In this document: positions 55,351-64,000 of the stretch, in pieces
How positions within the stretch are numbered: the stretch's first letter is position 1
Layout: every line of letters starts with the position of its first letter
DNA from: Camelus dromedarius
Taxonomy: Eukaryota
DNA length: 64,000 nucleotides
NCBI RefSeq assembly: GCF_036321535.1
Contig: NC_087437.1
Span: 117,740,001 to 117,804,000 of the forward strand
Reading direction: 5' to 3'
Translations under genes and position numbers: made by a program
The notes under the pieces: generated by a model
Told to the model about the DNA's origin: nothing
The model's database searches: none
The model's input: only the letters and a program-made list of their open reading frames with translations

Positions 55351-56869
55351 ATACCAATAATATATCATCAATTGACTGAAAAGGTCTATAAGACACAATC
55401 TTTTTTGTTTTAAAAAAGTGTATTTATAAAGTCCTATCTCTCCCCTCACCTCTCTCTCTATCTCTCTGTATATAAACAAATCTAAACATCTATATGTAGG
55501 AAAAAAATTAAAATATCTTAAAATATATAGTAAATATGTTAACAGTAGTGAATAACATTCACTTTCTATTCTATTTTTTCTGATTTGTCTGCGTCTGTTA
55601 GAATAAACACATTTGCTTTTATAAACAAAAAACATACACGTTCTTTGGTTTCGATATAATAATATGAGCTTAGTGGCTGGCTTTTAAGGTCCCATTAAAA
55701 TAGCCCAGATTCATAGCTGAGCAGCACAGTGGCCCCCTGAGAAAAGATGCATCCCCATGCCTTTCAGCCCTGGCTGAAGACTCTCCCGGAGGCTACAATG
55801 TGGGTTAAATCAGGCCATAGTTCTATGGTCTGTGCGAAGGGCAGCAAATCTCAAAGGTTTTCGGTTGGTCGCACAGTCTCTCCCATTCAGACAGTGCTTC
55901 ACAGACGTTGCACATTTTTTCCAAGGAGCTCAAACTGCTGTATGTTCCCATATTGCTAAACGGTCAGGGTTCTCATCCAGCTGGGAAAAGCCAGGAAAAG
56001 CAGCAGCGTTTTCTCTCCCCCTTGCACGTGAAGGGGCACGTGTACATGGTGAGGACACGCAGAAAGCTCTCCCAAGCAAATGCTCTCAACAGGACGGTCT
56101 GATTCAGCGCCAAGCGGAATTCCCTTGGGGTGCACCGTGCAGCTATGGAGAGGCAGCTGCGGACTCCTGCTTAGAAAACCTCCCATCTGGCCCACTCCCC
56201 CTCCTCTTCTCACCCTCTTATTATGAACCAAACAGCAACAGGAAACAGGCCGCTCTAATCCTCCAGGGAGCTCTAAGAAATGTTTGCTGGTGAGGACACG
56301 CATGCCTCCACCTCCAGCTAAGGGAAAAGGCCTCTTAGTAAACAGCCCCAAAGACAAGGTCTGAGCTATTGTGGTCTCATTCTGGAAGCTCTAATTGCAA
56401 GGAAGCTGACAGCCAAATGAGGGGGCCCACGTTTGAGAACTTGCAATCAGGATTAATTGTGGAGACAAAGCTCTGCGGGCTTGGAGAGGCTGCCTGTAGC
56501 CACTTGGACAATGAATGGCTCTCCCCTCATCTTCCTGCATTTGGGACGCTCGGAGCTGTTGCTATGGCTGATGAAGTGCACCTGCTTCCGCCTTGACACC
56601 AGCCTGTGGCAGGAGCTTGTTAAGGAATCAGTGGGGAGGGCGAGTGAGGGTTTTGCAGGGTACGCAGCCAAGCCTGGACCTGTCGAGGATGCTGTCAGGC
56701 TTTGAACAAAAGGAGGAGGGGAGGAAGGGCGAAGCGAAGACTGTTTCTTACTTTCTAGACCCCGTATCAGGAGTGTTCACACAGGTAAGTGCTTCCACTT
56801 CTTTCCTTCTTCCTCCACTCTTGTCTTTCCCTTGTAGATCTCACCTGCCTGGGCTGTTCTGACAATTCA

Positions 56870-57670
56870 TTATAAAGCCCTGACCCACCCTGTTTCCAGC
56901 TGCGGGCTCACATCTCTGGAAGTCAGCTCGATATTTCCCACTGGATGGCACGCCTCCACCTCAACGTGGGTGAAATGAGATGTGGCACCTTCTCCTCAAA
57001 ACTCCCCTCCCCGTCCTCGCACCCCAGGCTCAGTCCTGCGTGGATTCCAGGCGTCCACATCCCATCAGTGACCTGGTTCTTTCCCTTCCCCAATGACATC
57101 ATCTTTCAAATCAGATGTGTCCTTTTTCGTCCCACGACCGTCACCGTAGTTCGAGCCCTAATCAGGACGCCCACGCTGGGCTGTTGCAGCGGTGTTCTAA
57201 TCGATTGGTCTGCCCCTGCCTTTCTCTCCCCACTCCAGTTTATTCTAAATTCCTGCCAGGCTCAGCTTCTGAAGAGGCCGCTTTTGGTATGACAGTCTCT
57301 CACTTGCAGTTTACAATGGCTTCTCACTATCCACTCTGTGTCTCCACAGCTTAAAATCTGCAGCCGATGTTTCCGGTCAGTAACAAACTCTTCCTTCAAC
57401 TGAACAATCTTCTGCACTCAGACCCACTGTGTGTGTGGCTCCACCGCTCTCATCCCACATGTGTGGTCTGGGAACACGTGTCCCCTTCTCCACGCATTGC
57501 TGGGGGGCACTGTGCGGCCTTGCTTGTCTCCAGTTCTCCAGTTTGATTTCCACTCGTCCTTCGGTGTTACGCTCAATTCCTTCTTCCCCATAGCCTCCCC
57601 TGACCTCACCTCTCCAAGGTGACCTCTCCTCTCTGATCTCCCACAACACTGGCATGTCTATGTGATGCAT
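56870..57670 (+). mobile_element. Degenerate L2 fragment
   Basis: 'atatttcccactggatgg...cacctcaacgtg', pyrimidine-rich L2-like body. Confidence 0.6.
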
Positions 57671-57724
57671 ATTTTACATATATTTTTGTATTTTGGAAAT
57701 TTGGGACATTACTTATTAATATTA

Positions 57725-57941
57725 TTTAATTTTCATAGAACCACAGGAAGTCTGAACTATAGAAATACAGACTCTCAGAGAGCTGCAAAATAGTATCAGG
57801 TCCCGTGTGCCTCTCACCCAGCCTCTCCCAATACTGAGATTCTGTGTAGCCATGGTCAGTCTGCGAACCAGGAAACTGACTTTGGAACGTTACTATTAAC
57901 TAGTAGTCAGTTTTCACCATTTTGAAATGAACCTGCATTCA

Positions 57942-57977
<36 letters not shown>

Positions 57978-58588
57978 TCTAAGTAACTATCTGATAGTAA
58001 CTCATCACCACAGGCAATGCACACAACCACCCGATCACCACGAAAGCAGCACCTCTTCATATCTGCACCTCTTCATATCTGCACCTGGCCCACACCAGCC
58101 CTCCCTGTCCCCTGGTAACCGTTAAATGATTCTTCATCTCTGCAGTTTTGTCATTTTGAGATTAAACATAACTTTTTGAGATCAACTGTTTTCACTAAGC
58201 ATGTCTTTCAGGCCCATCCAGGTTGTTACATGTATCAACAGTTCATTTCTTTTCACTGCTAAGTAACAGTATTTCGTTGTATGGATGAACCAGAGACTTT
58301 TCAACCATTCACCTTTTGAAGGACATTTGGCTTCTCCCCAGAATCTGGCTATAATACATAAAGCTGCTATGAACATTCATGTACAGGTCTTTGGGGGAAC
58401 ATATTTTTTTCATGTCTCTGGGGTAAATGCCCAGGAGTGTGACTGCTGGGTTGTGTGATAAGTGCATGCTTAGTTTTATAAGAAACTGCCAAACTATTTG
58501 CCAGAGTGGTTGCACCATTTTACAGCAATGTATGAGAGACCCAGTTTCTCCACAGCTTTGCCAACATGTGATATTATAACTGATTTTA
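57725..58588 (-). mobile_element. L1MC/MB-like 3' fragment
   Basis: 'aaagctgctatgaacattcatgtacaggtc...aagaaactgccaaactatttgccagagtgg'; contains a (TG)15 run and a 16-bp tandem duplication at 58049-58080. Confidence 0.85.
57946..57976. repeat. (TG)15 microsatellite
   Basis: uninterrupted TG run. Confidence 0.95.
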
Positions 58589-58595
58589 AAAAAGG

Positions 58596-58758
58596 AATCC
58601 AACACATAGAAAAAATCATACACCATGATCAGGTTGAATTCATCCCAGGATTATAAAGTTGGTTCAACATATGCAAATCAATTAATGTGATATACTACAT
58701 CAACAAAAGAAAAGACAAAAACCACATGATCATCTCAATAGATGCAGGAAAAGCATTT
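58596..58758 (+). mobile_element. Older L1 ORF2 fragment A (ends at ...[10 protein letters not shown])
   Basis: translates [53 protein letters not shown]; homologous to 59198-59362. Confidence 0.9.
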
Positions 58759-60518
58759 AAATGGAAACACAGAATATCATATGAGAATATTACGAAAAAC
58801 TATATGGAACCAAACTGGATAACCTAGAGGAGATGGACAAGTTTCTGGAAACATACTGTCCACCAAGACTGAATCAAGAAGAATCTGAACACTTGAACAA
58901 ACCGATCACTAGAAAGGAAATAGAAATAGCAACAAAAAACCTCCCTACAAATAAAAGTCCAGGACCGGACGGTTCACTGGGGAATTATACCAAACATACA
59001 AAGAAGAACTCATACCAGTCCTTCTCAAACTCTTCCAGAAGACTGAAAAGGAGGGAATACTCCCAAACTCATTCTATGAAGCCACCATCACCCTGATACC
59101 AAAACCAGGCAAAGACACTACCAAAAAAGATAATTATAGGCCAATATCACTGATGAACATAGATGCCAAAATCCTCACCAAAATATTAGCAAATAGAGTC
59201 CAACAGCACATAAAAAAGATTATACATCATGACCAAGTGGGGTTCATCCCAGGGACACAAGAGTGGTTCAATGTATGCAAATCAATCAATATAATACATC
59301 ACATCAACAAGAGAAAGGACAAAAACCACATGATCATCTCAATCGATGCAGAAAAAGCACTTGATAAAATTCAACATCCATTTATGATAAAAACTCTCAC
59401 CAAAGTGGGTATAGAGGGACCACATCTCAACCTAATAAAAGCTATATATGACAAACCTACAGCCAGCATAGCACTCAACAGTGAAAAACTCAAAAGCTTC
59501 CCACTAAAATCTGGGACAAGACAAGGATGCCCACTATCACCACTCCTACTCAACATAGTCTTGGAAGTCCTAGCCACAGCAATCAGGCAAGAGAGAGAAA
59601 TCAAAGGGATCCAAACTGGAAAAGAAGAGGTAAAAGTGTCACTGTATGCAGATGACATGATACTACATATAGAAAACCCTAAAAGGTCCACACAAAAACT
59701 ATTAGAGCTGATTGAAGAATTCAGCAAGGTAGCAGGTTGCAAGATTAACGATCAAAAACCAGTTGCATTTCTTTACACGAACGATGAATCAACAGGAAAA
59801 GAAAGTGAAGAAACAATCCCCTTTAAAATAGCACCCAAAGTAATAAAATACCTAGGAATAAATCTCACCAAGGAGGTGAAAGAATTATACACAGAAAACT
59901 ATAAACCATTGATGAAGGAAATTAAAGAAGACTTTAAAAAATGGAAAGATATCCCATGCTCCTGGATTGGAAGAATCAATACTGTTAAAATGGTACACTG
60001 CCCAAGGCATTCTACAGATTTAATGCAATCCCTGTCAAATTACCCAGGACATATTTCACAGAACTAGAAAAAAGCATAATAAAATTTATATGGAACCATC
60101 AAAGACCTAGAATTGCCAAAGCATTACTGAAGAGAAAGAAAGAGGCTGGAGGAATAACTCTCCCAGACTTCAGACAATACTACAGAGCTACAGTCATCAA
60201 GACAGCATGGTATTGGGACAAAAACAGACATATAGACCATTGGAACAGAACAGAGAGCCCAGAAATGAACCCACAAACTTTTGGTCAACTAATCTTTGAC
60301 AAAGGAGGCAAGAATATACAATGGAATAAAGACAGTCTCTTCAGCAAATGGTGTTGGGAAAACTGGACAGCAGCATGTAAAGCAGTGAAGCTAGAACACT
60401 CCCTTACACCATACACAAAAATAAACTCAAAGTGGATCAAAGACTTAAACATAAGACAAGATACAATAAACCTCCTAGAGGAAAATATAGGCAAAACATT
60501 ATCTCACATATGTCTCAG
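58759..60518 (+). mobile_element. Younger L1 ORF2 (reverse transcriptase) fragment, frameshifted, truncated at both ends
   Basis: ORFs 58833-59096, 59153-60067 ([18 protein letters not shown]) and 60265-60555 are consecutive pieces of L1 ORF2; no 3' UTR or poly-A. Confidence 0.97.
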
Positions 60519-60521
60519 AAA

Positions 60522-60692
60522 TGCTTTTTGCTTTGTTTCATTTTTTGAACAATAATTAATCCTTTAGGTCATCTGCTGATGATGAAGGTGCCTGGGGAGC
60601 CTGGTGTTACTCAGCACTGCTCTGTTTGGTGGCTGGAGCAGAGTCCTCATATGGTGCTTCACCTGCTTCAGTCTCTTTGCCATCTTGCAAAG
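60522..60692 (-). pseudogene. YBX3: Processed YBX3 (CSDA/DbpA) mRNA fragment: last 26 codons, stop and start of 3' UTR
   Basis: 60687-60607 reads QDGKETEAGEAPYEDSAPATKQSSAE*, matching the recalled YBX3 C-terminus (QDGKEAKAGEAPTENPAPPTQQSSAE*); then 'caccaggctccccaggcaccttc...gacctaaag'. Confidence 0.85.
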
Positions 60693-63347
60693 TAATACAT
60701 ATATATATATATTCAGATTCTATACCATTATAGATTATTACAAGATATCAAATATAGTTCCCTGTGCTGTACAGTAGGTCCTTGCTGTTTATCTACTCAT
60801 ACATAGTAGTGTGTGTCAGTTAATCCCAAACTCCTAATTTATTCCTAGACTCCTTTCCTCTTTGGTAACTGTAAGTTTGCTTTCCATGTCTGTAAGTCTA
60901 TTTCTGTTTTGTAAATAAGCTCATTTGTGTCATTTTTTTTAGATTCCACATGTAAGTGATATCATGTGATATTAGTCTTTCTCTTTCTGACTTACTTAAC
61001 TTAGTGTGATGATCTCTAGTTCCATCCATGTTGCTTCAAATGGCATTATTTCATTCTTTTTTATGGCCAAGTAGTATTCCATTGCATATAATATACCACT
61101 ACTCTTTTATCCATTCATTGGTCAGTGGACACTTAGGTTGCTTCCATGTCTTGGCTACTGTAAATAGTGCTGCTGTGGACTTGATGTGCATGCATCTCTC
61201 CTAATTAGAGTTTTCCTTTTTTCTGGATATATGTCCAGGAGTGGAATTGATGGATCATATGATAACTCTATTTTTAGGTTTTTGAGGAACCTCAATACTG
61301 TTTTCCATAGTGGCTGCACTAAATTACATTCCCACCAACAGTATAGGAGAGTTCCCTTTTCTCCACATTCTCTCCAGCATTTATTATTTGTAGACTTTTT
61401 AATGTTGGCCATTCTGACCAGTGTGAGGTGGTACCTCATTATAGTTTTGATTTGCATTCTCTAATAATTAGTGATATTGAGCATCTTTTTATGTGCCTAT
61501 TGGCCATCTGTATGTCTTCTTTGGAGAAATGTCTATTTAGGTCTTCTGCCCATTTTTTGGATTGGATTTTTTTTTTTATATCATACGAGCTGTTTGTATA
61601 TCTTGGAAATCAAGCCCTTGTCAGTTGCATCATTTGCAAATATTTTCTCCCATTCCGTAGGTTGTCTTTTTGTTTTGTTTATTGTTTCCTTTGCTGTGCA
61701 AAACCTTATAAGTTTAATTAGGTCCCATTTGTTTATGTTTGCTTTTATTTCTTTGGCTTTGGGAGACTGACCTAAGAAAACATTGCTACAATATATGTCA
61801 GAGAATGTTTTGCCTATATTCTCTTCTAGGAGCTTATGGTGTCAGGTCTTATATTTGTCTGTTGACTAAAAAGAAATGTACAACCTAAAAGTTGAAACTT
61901 ATGTTTTATTTGACAGACTTTCTGAGGACTTCAGGCCCAAGAAGCAGCCTCTCAGAATAGCTCTGGGGAACTGCTCTGAAGAGGTAAGGGAGGAGCCACG
62001 ATACACAGGGGCTTTTGCAACAAAGACCAGGTAGTTGGAACATCAAAAGATTACTGTTAATTAAAGAAAATCAGGTATCTGAAGTAAATAAATTTAGCAC
62101 TTGTCTATGTATAGGAAGATGCAAGAGTCTGGGCTCATTGAAATCATTCCTGTGATGTGCACCTTAGCTGTCCAGGGCCAACGTACTGTTCTTTCTTTCC
62201 CATTCTGAGCCCCTCTGGATGCACCATTAGGGATGGCTGCAGTGGCTGAGGGCTTGGCAACAGGGAGCCCATTTGTCTCCATCCTCATTTCCCTCAGGGC
62301 TCACTGTTGGGGACAGCTGTAGTGGCTTGACGGCTGCAAGATCCTTTGTTTACTGATACAGCAGGCAATATTTTTCAGTCTCAAGTCTTTAAGCTGTTTT
62401 GAGATTATTTTTGTATGCAGTGTGAGAGAGTGTTCTAACTCCATTGATTTACATGTGGCTGTCCAGTTTTCCCAACATCACTTGCTGAAGAAATAGGCTT
62501 TTCTCCATTGTATATACTTGCCTCCTTTGTCAAAGATTAATTGGCCATAGGTGTGTGGGTTTATTTCTGGGCTCTCTATTCTGTTCCATTGCTCCATATG
62601 TCTGATTTTCTGCCAATACCATGTAGTATTGTCTGAAGTCTGAGAGGGTTATTCCTCCAGCTTCATTCTTTGTCTTCAGTATTGCTTTGGCAATTCTGGG
62701 TCTTTTGTGGTTCCATATAAATTTTAGGATTGTTTGTTCTCATTCTCTAAAAAATGTCATGGGTAATTTGATAGGGGTCACATTAAATCTGTAGATGCTT
62801 TGAATAGTGTGGCCATTTTGACAATATTAATTCTTGCAATCCAAGAGCATGGGATGTCTTTCCATTTCTTTGAATCATCTTCAGTCTCCTTTGTCAGTAT
62901 TTTATAGTCCTCAGCATGTAAGTCTTTCAACTCGTTGGTCTGGCTTATTCCTAAATCAGGTTTGTCCTGCACTTCTGTGTGTTAATCCTGGGTCCTGCTA
63001 CCTTTTTAAATCGGTTTATCAGTCCTAGTAGTTTTTGTGTGGAGTCTCTGTGGTTTTCTATACGTAGTATCATGTCATCTGCATATAGTGACAGTTTTAC
63101 CTGTTTCCTTCCAATTTGGATCCTTTTCTTTCTTTTTCTTATCTGATTGCTATTCAAATACTATGTTGAATAGAAGCGGTGAGCGTGGGCCTCCTTGTCT
63201 TGTTCCAAACGTTAACAGGAAGGCTTTCAGCTTTTCCCTGTTGAGTGTTATGTTGGGTTTGTCATAAATACCTTTTATTATGTTGAGATATGTTCCCTCT
63301 GTATCCACATTCATGATTTTTATCATAAATGAATGTTGAATTTTATC
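60693..63347 (-). mobile_element. Older L1 fragment B (ORF2 from DKIQH to 3' UTR), interrupted by a solo LTR
   Basis: ORF track pieces [39 protein letters not shown]; 3' UTR ends near 60693 without poly-A. Confidence 0.93.
61860..62383 (-). mobile_element. ERV1 solo LTR (MER41-like, cetartiodactyl type) nested in L1
   Basis: 524 bp, TG...CA termini, 4-bp TSD tgtc/agtc; the L1 sequence rejoins across it. Confidence 0.85.
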
Positions 63348-64000
63348 TGCAAAAATGTTCTCCCATTCTGTAGGTTGTCGTTTTGTTTTGCTTATGGTTT
63401 CCTTTGCTGCGCAGAAGCTTGTAAGTTTCATTAGGTCCCATTTGTTTATTCTTCCTTCTATTTCTATTGCTTGAGTAGACTGTTCTAGGAGAATATTTTT
63501 GAGAGGTATGTGAGATAATGTTTTGCCTATATTTTCCTCTAGGAGGTTTATTGTATCTTGTCTTATGTTTAAGTCTTTGATCCACTTTGAGTTTATTTTT
63601 GTGTATGGTGTAAGGGAGTGTTCTAGCTTCACTGCTTTACATGCTGCTGTCCAGTTTTCCCAACACCATTTGCTGAAGAGACTGTCTTTATTCCATTGTA
63701 TATTCTTGCCTCCTTTGTCAAAGATTAGTTGACCAAAAGTTTGTGGGTTCATTTCTGGGCTCTCTGTTCTGTTCCATTGGTCTATATGTCTGTTTTTGTC
63801 CCAATACCATGCTGTCTTGATGACTGTAGCTCTGTAGTATTGTCTGAAGTCTGGGAGAGTTATTCCTCCAGACTCTTTCTTTCTCTTCAGTAATGCTTTG
63901 GCAATTCTAGGTCTTTGATGGTTCCATATAAATTTTATTATGCTTTTTTCTAGTTCTGTGAATATGTCCTGGGTAATTTGACAGGGATTGTATTAAATCT
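63348..64000 (-). mobile_element. Younger L1 ORF2 fragment, 3'-truncated, continues beyond the window
   Basis: [16 protein letters not shown]...[12 protein letters not shown]; 63507-64000 is the reverse complement of 60016-60510. Confidence 0.97.

Larger units (their letters stand above)
54180..55635 (+). mobile_element. Old L1ME-like fragment carrying a SINE and an MLT1 insertion
   Basis: 'ttggtacagccatttggga...tgaccctgcaattccattc...ataaggatgctcactgc'; boundaries approximate. Confidence 0.7.

Noticed and set aside
59153..60067. 304-aa reverse transcriptase ORF as a novel or domesticated RT system
   Set aside because: Ordinary L1 ORF2 fragment, frameshifted on both sides and lacking ORF1 and the endonuclease.
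58749..60528. 10-bp inverted repeat aaaagcattt / aaatgctttt flanking the younger L1
   Set aside because: AT-rich, and the right copy straddles the L1/YBX3 junction; probably coincidence, not a terminal inverted repeat.
58596..63347. Twin-priming 5' inversion as the explanation for fragments A and B
   Set aside because: The inverted 5' piece should abut the 5' end of B, but here it lies beyond B's 3' end with other sequence between.
63150..63752. 200-aa ORF that seems to permute L1 ORF2 domains
   Set aside because: Chance in-frame read-through across the 63347/63348 junction between two L1 fragments.

Overview
Mammalian genomic DNA, most likely camelid given the tRNA-derived SINEs and L1 tails. 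The whole window lies inside the DSCAM gene on the minus strand. Eight GT-AG coding exons can be read, equivalent to human exons 12-19 (numbering from memory): 39412-39608, 38353-38449, 37668-37796, 29953-30120, 21440-21510, 6945-7185, 4785-4931 and 156-311. They splice in frame to 1206 nt covering Ig9 and the following FN3 repeats. Everything above 39608 is the large upstream intron. The rest is intronic, with L1, L2, MIR, MaLR/ERV solo LTRs, hAT MER elements, SINEs and microsatellites. Almost all ORFs in the supplied track are spurious. The most unusual part is 58.6-64 kb. An older L1 ORF2 is split exactly between KAF and DKIQH, and the two halves now lie on opposite strands. The inverted block carries a processed YBX3 mRNA fragment fused to the L1 3' end. 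It is flanked by two ~99% identical inverted L1 arms, suggesting an L1-associated inversion or an assembly flip. Other points of interest are two atypical DSCAM splice acceptors, two perfect RFX X-boxes and strong CTCF motifs. No prokaryotic-type system, CRISPR array or novel protein-coding gene is supported. Repeat family names come from recalled consensus sequences, not from a search.
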